NCBI RefSeq assembly: GCF_030684315.1
Contig: NC_081385.1
Location: forward strand, 29,169,247 to 29,233,246
Direction of reading: 5' to 3'
Source of the DNA: Stegostoma tigrinum
Lineage: Eukaryota
DNA length: 64,000 nucleotides
Shown here piece after piece: positions 35,481 to 48,640 of the stretch (position 1 is the stretch's first letter; each line of letters starts with the position of its first letter). The position numbers were made by a program, and so were the translations under genes. Under the pieces are notes generated by a model that saw only the letters and a program-made list of their open reading frames with translations, was not told the DNA's origin and searched no databases.

Positions 35481-38400
35481 AGTGGGAGTGTGTTCAAGTC
35501 CATTGTGCAAATGACAGAAAATTAAACCCTGGAACAATTACAGTGTGTACCCCCTTAAGGTACTGAACAATCCCTAAAAGATGTGAAGTTATTAATTCAC
35601 TAACAGCAGCTAAATAGCTGCAATGTGCCAACTACTATGTTAACAATTAAACAGCTTGCTCATGTTGACTTCCATGACTGTTGATAAAATCACATCAGTG
35701 GCAGTGTCAAAAGAAGGTTAAAACCCGGTCTCAGAATGATTCATTAAAGGGCCTACTTTGTCAGATCATTAACTCAAATTAATTACCAGATTAAACCACC
35801 GTCAGAAACACTTTGCTCAATTCAATCCAGTTTAAATCAATCCCTTTTAAAGCCACTTACTGAGTAAGTAAACAATGTTCATTGGCAAAACACAGAGACA
35901 GACTGCAAACTGTACTTTGATGAATGTAATCTAAAGCAGCTGTCTGAAGAGACCATCAAAGATAGCCTCATCAATCATTACATCATCATGCCAGGGTGCT
36001 AATTAACAGAATTTTAACTGATCAGGGAGCAAGGCGACAGGTTTCACTGTGGATCCCCTTTAAGAAATTAACTGTGGATTGTGCGTGAAGCCTTGGCAGG
36101 AGGAGATGAGAGAGGGAAAGAAGCAAACAGCTCTTACAATCCTTTTGGGTCTGCAATATTTGTCAAATATACAGAGTGACTTGCTTTGGATCACAAAGAC
36201 TACGATGCATCCAGGGATGGAAGCCATACTATGTCAAGAAAATCTTTAATTGAATGAGGCAAGGTGAATATGTCAACTCTCTATTAATTTATAAAACACT
36301 TACATGTTCTTCACCTACTCTCCTAAAGGTGTTGACTTGTGAATCCCCAATAGCCAGGACCCACATGCATTCAAAGTAAGTGGACACCCAGGAGGGGTAA
36401 GGGATTCATGGTCAGGGCTCGGAGCTGGACTTGAGTTTATCTGCATCACCTTCACAACTCACTTGCTAACTGTCCTGCATTCTCATTTGTGCCATTTGTG
36501 GGTAAAGGATGCTGATGCCATCTCTCTTTTCTGTAATTGGGTCAAAGACCCTATTTAGTTTGCAATGGGAGAGGGACAACCACAAGTGAATCTTAACAAG
36601 AAGAGGATCTTGTCTTCATGTGATGCAGTTTATTGTATGACAGCAATTAGGTACAAGTTACATTAGTGAGATAAACAAGGTACATTAGTGAAATCGCTAC
36701 TAAAATAATAAGGAGACCTGTGGACATAGGTCTACACTGCACGAGGCCATCAGATTGAGTGAAGTTTAATTCAGTGTCCAAAATTAGATTTCCCTACCTC
36801 TGAGCTAGGAGGCCTGGGTTCAAGTCTCATCTCTTCCAGAGGTGTGTCATAATACATCTGATCAGGTTGATTAAAGTAACAGATGTCTGGTGCTTGGAAT
36901 GGGATTGTGTACTTTGAAATTCCAGGTTCAATGGTACCAAGTGAGAGCGAAGGATCACAGACACATCTCTCTTTGGTCATGTCAGCAAATACACCTGCAC
37001 CCAAAAGATATAAAAGCTTCCATTCCAATGTTACGCATATTTTCTTTAAGATTTTACTTACTCTCTTGGCCTTTAAACTGTTCTAAGACACATTCCCACC
37101 TGTAATGTGCATATAACATCAACACAAGTACAAACTGAATATGGAAAAACTGCAGAGTGAATGAGACCATAATTCAATCTTTCAGGTCTCCCTTTTCTCT
37201 ACTCCCATTTAGCTTTGTATTTACTGCCAAAAGACTTTCAAAGGTCTTCAAGTGTATTACACCAGATCCAAACTTGACAGAGCATGTTGTTCATGGTTCC
37301 TTTTCTTAAGAAGCCCTTTCCCTGGAACAAAGCAGCATCCAACACTCAGCACCCTCCCAACACCCACCCCACATCTCCTTCACTGAAATGGAACATGATG
37401 AAGGCCAGTCAGATCTCAGAAAATAAGATGTGATGGACAACTCCACTAAGTCTCAATTGCCCTTGTAATTCACTTTCTTGTTCAGAAGCAAGCAGCAAAG
37501 AAAGACAGTTTGAGGTCTTATTTTTAAAAGTAGAGTGAAAGTCAAGGGATACATTTTATATTCAAGTGACTCTCACTTAATGGAGGAGACTCCAAGATTG
37601 TGACACATTTATGGACCCTACACTGGGTGCAAATGAAAGGAATGGGCCTTGTCTGCTACATATGTGACCTCGAACCACAGCTCAAAATTTGAAGCACGAG
37701 TCCATTCTTTTCCAATTTGTTTCTGAGCTTTGGGTATTTTGATCTTTTGTTTGAACAACTGGCTGTTTTGAATTCTTTAAACTCAAGATTGTTGTTTTCT
37801 TTCAGCATAAAAGGATATATTGATTAAATGTATTGAACGCATCACACATAAGACAGTCAGCATATTTCCAATGTCCATCCCTACTCTCCACTCTGCCTTC
37901 TGAATGACTGAATAGTGAGACAGCTGTTTAAGTGGAACAGAGAAAAATTACAAGTCTGTCAGAAAATACAAAATCTCACGGCTCAAAAACATCAGCATCA
38001 CACAAGTCATCCCTAGCATCATCCCAATTCCAGCACCCTGCCTGTCTCAGGCAATGACAGCATGTGATGTCATTCCCCTCTTCCAAACCCAGTCAGTGTG
38101 GGAGCTCCATCCCACAGAACTATACAATCAGACTTAAATTCTCAGCAGGTCCTATAAACAGCAATTCTCCAAAACAGACAATTCACCATTTCTCACTTTT
38201 ACAACTTTTATTTATAACTGTGTTATACTATAGCTCAAACATTAAATTCCATGTGATCACATTTAATGTTCTTCCATGTCAAACACTCACACTTGTTTCA
38301 TCTCTGAAGATATTCTTCCCTGTTGATTGAAAGATAATATTAACTTGCCCCCTGCTTCCCAGAAGCATGTTTGGGTCCAACCTCGCAGACACGTGGAGCC

Positions 38401-38974
38401 CTTCATTACCCACTCTGCTCGTGGGCCGAGACATTAGCCTTGATCTAAAGCTTGAATCAGCCTTCATCCAAAATCCACATATTCATTTTGTTGTGGGAAT
38501 CACTGAGTGAGGATTGGAAACATTCTCATTCTGCATTGCTAGAATCAATGAGGCCAACTGCTTGTCGGTTCAGGTGAACTTATTTAGCTGCAACTCGAGA
38601 ATGAACTCCTGGCCTGTCTAGTTTCCACTGCCTCAGCACCAGATACTTTGGTGCCACAAGCAATCAAAAGGCTTTTTTTAATCTCAAGTGAGTTGGAATA
38701 TCGGAGCGACAAAATGATGCTTCTGATATATTTTGTAACATATTCACATATATTCGATCATACCGAAACATACACACTTTACTTCGGACTTCACCTAACA
38801 GATCTTATTATTTGGCAGGATAAGAACACCCAATGAGATGAGGTATTACTTTGCATCTACTTGTTATCTATGACTCTTGAGTATCAGTGAAAAATTTGTC
38901 TAGAAAATGCTACTAATCTCCCCAAATCTACACAGCTTTTCATCTTTAAAATATAATGTCAGCATCATTAACAG

Positions 38975-39720
38975 AATCAGTATTTATTACCTATCTTTAC
39001 TGGCCCTTGAGAAGATGATAGTAAGCTAGCTGCCTTTTCAAACCCCTTAAGTCCTCCTGGTGTAAGTCCTCAGAGAATGCTGTTACCGACAGTATTTCAG
39101 GGTTTAGACCCAGTGACAATAAAGGAACAGCAATATATTTCCAAATCTGAGTATAACTAGCAGGTGGCGGTGTTCCCATACATTTGCTGACCTTGTCTTT
39201 TAAGGTGGTAAAGATCACAGACATCTTTTGAAGATGCCTTACTGAGTTCTCACACTGAAACCTGTAGGTTACAGACATTGCTACATCTAGTGTCAAGGCT
39301 GGAGAGGGAAATAACATTTTCAGTGGTTTTTGAGATGTCAATCAAGTGGACTGCTTTGTCCTGTCTAACTTTGATCTTCTAGAGCATGGTTTACATTGCA
39401 CTCATCCAGGCAACTGGGCAGGATCACATCACACTCCTGATTTGTGAACTGTAGATGGCAGAAAGCATTGGGAAAAGAGATAAATGGCACAGTCTACATA
39501 GTTTCCAATCTGTTCATGTAGCTAGGATATTTATCTGGCTGGTCCGATTAAAGTTCTAGTCAATGATTATTTTTAGGGAGTTGACAATATCAATGTAGAC
39601 ATAGCAATAGTGATGCAATTGACTGCCAAGAGGAGGTGTGTGGACTCTCTCTCTCTCTTTCCCTCTTTGGAGACAGTTATTGACTGGCATTCATTCAGTG
39701 CAAATTCTTTAATTGACATC
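38975..39720 (-). mobile_element. CR1/L2-group LINE 3' fragment, decayed
   Basis: Collinear with 57495-58230 (GCCCTTGAGAAG...GCTGCCTT...GACCCAGTGACA). Confidence 0.65.
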
Positions 39721-40171
39721 ATTATACCAGTAAATATTTATTTCAGTATTGTACTGTTAACCAATATTATAGCCTCACAACATGTGATACTGTTGACAGA
39801 ATCCTTTAATACTAATATCAAATCCTCCCGTTCACTTTGAAAAGCACCAATCCATTGATTTAGAAATGTTGAATACTCCATTAAATGGCACAGACAAAGA
39901 AATTTATATACATTTTGTTATTGTGTGAGTATATTGTATAATGTAATGCTAAAACTTCTGCTCTTAAAAATAGCGAAGAATTTATTGGTGGGAAATGCAA
40001 ATACAAGTTTGAATAGAATTGTGTGTACTTACTTATTGGCTTATCGCATTATCAATAGATGTCAAACTACACCACACAGTTAACTTTGAGTGCAGTGACA
40101 GTTGTAACTGAACTAAATACACTAAGTATCCTTTGGAAGAGATTAAACCCTGTCTACCTTTAAATGGTCAT

Positions 40172-40280
40172 TGGATAAACATACGGATGATAATGGAATA
40201 GTGTAGGTTAGATGGGCTTCAGACCGGTTTCACAGGTCGGCGCAACATTAAGGGCCTGTGCTGTAATGTTCTATGTTCTA
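40172..40280 (+). mobile_element. Short CR1 3'-end insert
   Basis: ATGGAATAGTGTAGGTTAGATGGGCTTCAGA...(TGTTCTA)n. Same family as 62661-62790. Confidence 0.8.
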
Positions 40281-41899
40281 TGCACCCAGTTAAACGGTAC
40301 AAGCAAATGTTGAAGATCCCATGCTATCATTTACAGGAATGCGGAAATTTCTCTGTAATTGGGAATGTGATTCATTATCCCTTAAAGATAGAAAAATACA
40401 AGAATGTTCATGTCGATGTGGAGGTTGTGTTTAATTTTCCTCTATTGACCAACATCATAAAGGATGTTTCTCTCCTTGATAGATATGAAGTATAAACTCC
40501 AACTTTGCAATGTCTACCACAAGTCTTGAGTTGCTGATGCAGAGAGATCTTGATGTTCTGGGGCAACAACACCAAGAAAGAGCCTTCCTTACTCTTAAAA
40601 CTGAAACAGAACAAACTATGTCACAAGCAATACGTAAGTATATAGAATATGCTTAACTGGAACACCAAATTGTCAAGTGTTGTTGGGGCTGTGTGCAGCC
40701 AATTCTGTTATAAGGACAAATCTAAACAGTGCACATATTGTGTAACTAATTTAATGCTTATTGTTTAGTATGCTCAGGACACAGTCATTGTTCTAATTAT
40801 ATTATTAATTGACATTTCTGAATAGATATTTGCAGCATAACTCCCTAAATTTAAACTTCTCCACATCCGCCCCACGCCCCCCATTAGCCAGGCTCCAACT
40901 GTCTGGAATAGTTCCTAAGAAAAGATCCAAACTTCCTGATATTGTAAAGAATAAAAGAGTTAAAGGTTTCAGAGTTGAAACAGTCACCATGATCCCATTA
41001 ATTTGAAAAGGCGATATTGTTGATTAACATCTTTCATGTTATGGCCATCAAAGACAACTGTGCTTGGCCTTCACCAGTGTTGTGAACTGTTAAGAGAAAG
41101 TACATGAGTCTGTTTTGTTGTTTGAAATCAGAACCTCACCATCTTCCAAAACGGTGGCTCACATTCAGATTAGTGTCTACTGGAGAAGAAATGAATGGTC
41201 CAACATATCTCGAGAGTACATCTCTTGGTGGGATGTTGTATCAGCATTCCTTCCAAGATATTCCATCAGAAAAGACAAAGGGCACAACAGGCCCATAGCG
41301 TCAATGCAGGAAGACCCCTACAAGTTAGTCACCATACCTGCAGTACTGTGAGCAATTCAGCATAGCACATCACAAGAAGAGTAATTGGTGTCGGTGGAAG
41401 TGCAGTGCAGGTTTATTAGAATGATACCTGGATGTCTAGGAGTAAACCGTGACAAAAGATCATACAAACTGGTGTGAGTTTTGTTTCCGGCAGGGTATGT
41501 TACCTGATGCAACAATGCCCGTGGGGTCATCGAGTCATACAGCATGAAACAGACCCTTCGGTCCAACCAGTCCATATCAAACTTAATCCCAAATTTTAAC
41601 CAATCCCACCTGCTGCTATCTCCACAATATAAATTAGGTGCGGCTCTCACTGCATGAACAATCCAACAGACATTTATAACAATGACTATGAACAAATCAC
41701 ACTTAAGTGGTTAGGCTAGTCTTAAGCAATTAGTTTTTACAAGACATCATACTTCTAGTGGAGTGTCATGCTTCAAGTGACCTGAGGTAAGATTATGAGG
41801 TCTTTACATGTTTAGGTCACAGGTTATGTTGCTGTAATGATATCATCCGCATGAGTCTTAATGGTATACTGACTGTGAGATGTAAGACATCACTTTCGT

Positions 41900-43560
41900 A
41901 AAGATAAAACATTTCCAAACAGATATGCATTTGTCCAAAGGCATTATTTGTCAATCAATAATTATAGAAGCAGATGAAACAAAGTTTACAAAACTAATGC
42001 TCAAAGTTCTGAGTAATGCTTTGAAAATTCATCTTGATGTCATGGTCATATAGCCCTTTATACATTGTTCTCTCATAAAAACTGAAAGAACTGTAGATGC
42101 TGTAAATCAGGAACAAAAGCAGAAGTTGCTGGAAAAGCTCAGCAGGTCTGGCAGCATCTGTGAAGAAAAAGTCAATGTTAACGTTTTGGGTCAGATGACC
42201 CTTAGAACTTCTGAGGAAGGGTCACCGAGTTAACACCAATGTTAACTCTGATGTTTTCTTCACAGATGCTGCCAGACCTGCTGAGCCTTTCCAGAAAATT
42301 AGTTTTTCTATACATTGTTATCTGTTGAATTAAATTGACAACTTGGTTGTATGCTGCTGTTGCTGTCACTCAACATCACCATCCAATCAAAATTGTTAGG
42401 GTGTTCTTCCTCATTCCCTTCGAGAATGATTGGAGTGTCGTCCAAAGGTCTGAACTGGCTTCTGTTCTTTCACAATGTAGCATCCGCATCAGCAAGGACT
42501 TTGCATGAACTAGGCTGGTTGCATATTTCAGAAACCATTAATTTTTGTACCACCATCTCTCATACTCTGTCCAGTGCACAGGTTTGATCATTCTTGACCC
42601 ACTTGCTTTCATTTTGTACTGACTCCGAAGAAAATTGCCTTGTATCTTGGAATAGTTAGACAATCAGTTGCATGCAAGTTTGTCTGCATTTACCTTCTGT
42701 GCTAGGGGTGGTAATCCTTTGCTATTGTTGTTGCATGAAAATTCAGCAATGTGAAAATCTTGCACTGTTGCTTGAAAGTTAACAATAATTGATTTGCTTT
42801 TATATACCATATGCTCTACTAGACTATTTGAATGTGGTTAATAGTGTAACAATGTAATATTGGCCAATTGCCATTTAGTGTGCTAGTGTGGTATGATTCT
42901 GTGCACTGAGATCTGTGCATACCGATAGTCTTGCTATTGATGGACCATTGGTAATTACCAGACAGCAGATTTTGGGAAGCCAACCTGAACTTGCCTATTG
43001 GTACTGTATTGTGATTCTGCCAATGCACAGAACTGATGATTCTTTACATGTTATGAAACAGTCACTTGTAGGGTGTATCAGAGTGCCATGTGCTGAGGAA
43101 CGAGTCTTTCAAAATGAAAATCGGTAATACATTGGCAATAGCTCAACTTTAGCTTTTAGTGTGTATCGTCCTGCCTTTTCAGGATATGATCATAATGTTT
43201 CTAAAAGCTTCTGACTGCCTTGAACCATCCACATGGTTTGTGAGGTTAACAACACGGAAAGATTGATCATCTTATGAAATATGCCTTTTGTTTAGTTCAC
43301 TTTGAATTGATGCCACGTGCTTTACAGATAACAAGGGTCTCCAATAAAGCTTTTGGGTAGGTGCGACAAACTGCAACTGCTATAGACTTTGTTGGTTTGG
43401 TGCACTTTGCTCAACCTAGCATTAAGTTGCAGCTAAAGCATGTAATATTTTGGCATACCACTATGGCTTCATATTTCTGTCCATGACCAAATAATACATC
43501 AATAGTATATTTCTTTCCCAAAAATCATCCCCATGGTTATTTTTAATTCTAATTCTCACA
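41900..43560 (-). mobile_element. Ty3/Gypsy pol relic (integrase region)
   Basis: Minus strand ITNGP (42955-42941) and PHSNSLVEHMV (42837-42806) resemble the integrase SDNGP and PQSNGLAERMV motifs. Boundaries are approximate. Confidence 0.55.
42070..42308. mobile_element. Fold-back PLE terminal-repeat insert (family C)
   Basis: Inverted arms meet at ATGACCCTTAGAAC/TTCTGAGGAAGGGTCACC, the hammerhead start. 11-bp TSD TATACATTGTT at 42059-42069 and 42309-42319. Confidence 0.85.
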
Positions 43561-43639
43561 CAACAATATATGTAAAAACTTTATTCCATTCTTCCAGTTT
43601 CTCCTCTGTTGCATTTGTCCAAAGATTGCAAAGTTCCAT

Positions 43640-44760
43640 TCTGCCATTTCTGATATGTCTTCCTTTTTGTCTATCAACGTAAGATTCTAATTCAGGTTAA
43701 TGGGACACTCCATTATGTCTGATCCATCTCACATGTTCCTGTTTTCACCCCTTCTTCTCTCTCCCAGAATGCTTCCCCTCATCTTTACTTACCATCCTAT
43801 CAGCCTCTGCATTCAGCAGATTATCCTTGGCCATTTCCATTACCCCTAACATGATGCCAACTGCAAACACATCTTCTCATGCCTTCCCTTTGGCTTTCCA
43901 AAGAGACATTCCTTCAATGATGTTTACAGTGTATTCCATAGACATCCTACGCAACTCCACCTTCTTCTCAGGCACATTTCCATACACGTGTAGGGAATGC
44001 AATACATATCCTTTGATCTCTCTTCTAGCCATCCTGGGGCCTGCACATGCTTTCCAAGTGATGCAGCGATTTCCTTCTACTCTTTTTAATCTAGCATATT
44101 GTATTCAATTTTAACGATGCATCCGCCTCTACACTGAGGACAGCAAATGAAAACTGGATGACCGCTTTGCAGAATCGGTTCACAGGCACAATTCCAAACT
44201 TTGTGTCACTTGTCATTTCAATTCTTGCCCTTATTCTGACCTTTCTATCCTTGGACTGTGAGATTGCTGCAATGAATCTCAATACACGCACGAGGAATGA
44301 CACCTCATCTTTCAAGGAGGCACTCCCTTGGCTTTGGGAGGCAACATTCAGTTCGTCAATTTTAATCATAACCTGCATCTTGATTTTTTTGCCTTGCTGT
44401 TTAAGTTTCTTCAAATCACTTGGTTTATTCTATCGCTTTGTATTTAGATGGCTGCTAGGCAGTGTCCACGCCTCGTTTAGACAACTTTGGTTTCCTTACA
44501 TGGCCCACTATCATTCCCTTCGGCTTTTGCGCCATGAAACTTTCTGATGTTTAATCTTCCTTTGTCCTCCACCCTATCAAATCTCATTCCTTTCCTTCTC
44601 CTAAACTGACCTTCCCTTGTTCCGGCAATTGCATTTCCCTGTTTCCTCGATTCTGTGGATTAGTCATTGCCCTGAAAGAGTGACTGTTTCTCTCCCACGA
44701 CCTGCTGTGTATTTCCAGCATTTTTAGTTTGCTTACATTACAAATTTACAGCATCTGTGT
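43640..44760 (+). mobile_element. Old Penelope-like element (GIY-YIG region and terminal repeat)
   Basis: GTFPYTCRECNTYP...FNLAYCIQ and ATGACCGCTTTGCAGAA parallel the element at 2868. The decayed tail reads CCTGCTGTGTATTTCCAGCA. Confidence 0.7.
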
Positions 44761-46164
44761 CAAAACAGGATCAACAGTCTTGCAAGTGAACAGCAACTGG
44801 CTTTATCGAACATAACTTTGGTATATACAGAGGGTAGTAGGTGTGCAGATCTTACCTGGTTCCAATCTGTTGTATGCTACCTAATATCACTCTGACTTCA
44901 TGGCTTCCACATATACTTACCCAGAATAAAGTTATAATTCCATTTACTCTACAGCATCTGCAGTATTTTATTTTAATGGTTATGCCTCTGAATCTCATGC
45001 TTACTTATGAGTCTTGCAGCTTCCGTTTTCCTTAGGTTCAAGAAATCCTGCAATTGTGAAAGGCACTACATAAATGCAAGTCTTTCTTTCAAATAGTTTT
45101 ATAGTGAAGAATGGTTGTATCTTAATTCAACTGAAGGTGTTGCAGAAAGAGATGGCAGTGACCACTGTCCAAAATTGGTCATTTGCTGACACAGACATTT
45201 TAGGATCCAGTTAGCGTGAGGATGCTAGTTGTTAAACTGATATTTGAGTAAGTTATTATCCCAGTTTATGTCCTATGCTTTGCAGCTCTTCACAATGTAC
45301 AACACAAATGCTTGTTCTATTCCACGATATTGGGAATGTGCCAGTTCAAAGGCCTCAGCAATGGAGACAATCAGTTACCAACAGAAAAGAACAGTCATCT
45401 ATTTGTTGCCTCAGGTCTAGAGTTGGGCGCAACAGGGCTTAGTTCTTTTGGTGTCAAGTGATAACATGAGAAGTTAATTACAGATCCAAATATTACACAC
45501 ACACACACCATTCTCCCCATGCACTCACTGACACATTCACATCCACTCACATTGTCACACGTATGGATACATACGCACAAGGTCACACTCATTTTTGCAT
45601 AAGCCTGAAAGGCCTCAGTTGTGTGAGTCGTATATCTTGGATTTCTGAGTGGGACTAGGGAATATGTGTTATATATTACATCAGAAAATGTAACGAGTCA
45701 CTATGCTAATATGCTATGAGAAGTGAGTCAAGGTTCCTTCTGGCTTGTCTGATGGCTTTGCTAGTGCACAGGGACCAGAAGCTTTGTGCTGTTGTTCAGG
45801 GTTTGTATTCACATCTATTTTGGCTGGCTGGAGTCTGTTTCTGTTGCAATGCAAAAGGCTATTGTATCTCTTCAGAGCACTGTTCTGGCACCTTTCCCAG
45901 ACTGGGATAGGAATTACTTTGACAGATTTATTATATGCAAGGAAAGACTCAGGTTTACATGGAATTAGAGGAAGCGTTACTCTTAGTCTCAATCCCTCTG
46001 AACTGACTGAGGTGGGGACATTGGTGAGCAGGGGCAAAGGTGGGAGAATCATCCAGAATTTCCACCCTTAACTCTGTGCAGAAAGCTGCATTGTGTGTTC
46101 AAGGATATGCTCACCTGAATGATTGGCTTGTCAATACTCAGTACTTAAGATCACATTTTTATAC

Positions 46165-46490
46165 TTGTTCACAAGATGAGGATATCATTACCTAAGCCAG
46201 TATTAATTGCCCATCCCTAACTGCTCAGAGGACAGTTAAGAGTCAACCACGTTGCCGTGCGTCTGGAGTCACATGTAGGCCAGACCGGGTAAGGATGGCA
46301 GTTTCCCTCCCTAAAGGGCGTTAGTGAACCAGATGGGTATTTCCTCACATTCAATAATGGTTTCATAGTCATCATTAGACTCTTAATTCAAATTCAAAAA
46401 AAATCTGGAACTTCAAACTGAGGTGCCCAGAACATTACCTGAGTCTCTGGAGACTAATAGCCTAGCAACAATACCACTAGGCCAACACCT
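46165..46490 (-). mobile_element. tRNA-derived SINE with a LINE-like tail
   Basis: Collinear with 24053-24375. Confidence 0.8.
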
Positions 46491-47509
46491 TATATGTTGC
46501 CCTTATTAAAAAATATCAGGTGTATCAATCCTTTGAAATCCATTCCATTGTTGATAGTTCTTCAAGAGAAAAGGGAAAATAAGGGTTTTTTTGAGTAGTC
46601 TACACCTCTGAGTTTGAAGAACATATTAAATAATTAATTTGATTGCATAAAAATTGTGTAAAACTTCTGTTTAATTTGATATTTTGAATAATTCAAAACA
46701 TCTTGATGAAAAGGTCTAAATAATAAGGAATAGCTCAGTTCAGCCATTTTCATCCCAGGTGGCAGCATTCAGCAACATTCACTTTTGGCATGTATTTCAA
46801 CAGATCATTTTCGAGCAACGTGAATCTTGTAACATTAAGTCTCAGCAAAACTGTACAGTCTTTGCTGGGTTTGCGATGTAAACAATGGTCCTTGGAGGGT
46901 TAAGGGATGGGGGAAGACACTCGTAATGTCACTTTAATGCACAGTAACATTTTTTTGCTTCCTTTCTCTTGAGTCAAATGCTGCCCCCTGCCCTGGGGTC
47001 GTGAGAAAAACAGTGGGTAAGTTTCTCAACAGCAACACAGCTCACGTCTGAACAAAAAGCAAACATACCAGTGTCAAGCAGAAACTTTCCATAATCTGTC
47101 ACAAGTATGTACTGGAGACATACACAAGCTGATCTGTCCCTAACTCCAGACGTCCCAGAAGCTGTCATACTGGTCAAAGGACCTGAGGGTTATCTATAAA
47201 TGTAGTCAAAATAGCAAACAAATGAGGAAAAGCTCCAGCACATATGGTAAAAGCATATTGCAGGGAGGAAGGGACCAGTGAAAAAAAATCTTGTGGAGGC
47301 AGGGGGTTGTTTGATGTGCTAAATGAGTATTTTGCCACTGTCTTCACCAAAATTGCCAACATAGATGTAAATGAGGTGGGAGAGATAATGTCAGATAAGA
47401 CAGGAAATAGAGAAAGAGGAGGCATTTCAACATTAGCTATCTTCAAAGTAGTGAAGCCACTTGGTACAAATTGGATGTATCTTAGATTACTGAGGGAAGT
47501 AAAAGTTAA

Positions 47510-48014
47510 CAGAAACAGAAGTTGCTGGAAGCTCAGTGGACCTGGTAGCATCTAGATACTACATACTAGAACTGTACAGTGCAGGAACATACCCTTTGGC
47601 CCACAATGTTGTGCCAAACGTGATGCCAAATTAAACTAATCCTTTCTGCCTGCTCTTGGTCTGTATCCCTCCATTCCTTGCATGAAGAAAAAAATCAGAG
47701 TTAACTGATTCAGAATTGGGTTTGCGATGTAAACACTGGTCCTTGGAGGGTTAATTGACGGGGGAAGATACTCATAATGTCAGTTTCATGTACTTTTGCT
47801 GAGACTTAATGTTACAATATTCACTTTGCTTGAAAATGATTTGTTGAAATACTTGCCAGAAGTGAACGTTGCTGATTCAGAACTCAGAAAGGTCACCAGA
47901 CCCAAAACGTTAACTCTGGTTTTTTTTCTTGACAGATGCTGCCAGACCTGCTGAGCATCCAGCAATTTCTGTTTTTGATCCTGATTGCAGCATTCGTAGT
48001 TCTTTCGGTTTTTA
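47510..48014. mobile_element. Fold-back PLE insert (family C) holding captured local DNA and a nested CR1 3' end (about 47553-47683)
   Basis: Antisense arm at 47510-47552 plus 47684-47704 and sense arm at about 47883-48014. 15-bp TSD GGAA(G/A)TAAAAGTTAA at 47495-47509 and 48015-48029. Confidence 0.8.
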
Positions 48015-48283
48015 GGAAATAAAAGTTAAAATTGCAGGTGGTCTCGTCACTGTATTCTAGAGGACTAAATGATTACTAAAATCACATTCTTGTTAGAAAA
48101 GAGAAGACAGGGATCCTTGTAACTACAGTCCAGTCGGTTTAATACAAAGTTAGAGGAAATATTCAGAAGCAATAATCTGGAAAAGTAAGTCATTTGGAAA
48201 GGTATAACATCATTGGAAAAGAATGTCAACACGGTTCAATTAACAAGAAAAATTAGTGACCAGTTTAATTGACTTCTACAATA

Positions 48284-48640
48284 GGCAGCATGGTGGCTCA
48301 GTGATTAGCACTGCTGCCTCACAGTGCCTGGGGCCTGGGTTTGATTCCAGCCTCAGGTGACTGTCTGTGTGGAGTTTACACTTTCTCCCTGTGTCTGCGA
48401 AGGTTTCCTCTGGGTGCTCTGGTTTCTTCTCACTGACCAAAGATGTGTAGGTTTGGTGGATTGGCCATGCTAAATTGCCCATAGTGTCCAGGGGATGAAC
48501 AAACTAGACAGATTAGCCATGGGAAATGCAGGGTTACAGAGATGGGGTGAGGGTGGGTGGAATTCTTTTGGAAGGGTTAGTATGGACTCAATGGGCCAAA
48601 TAGCCTACTTCCACACTGTGGGGATTTGATCATTCTATGA
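48284..48640 (+). mobile_element. HE1-type V-SINE
   Basis: Head, V-domain and tail are collinear with 4655-4966. Confidence 0.9.
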
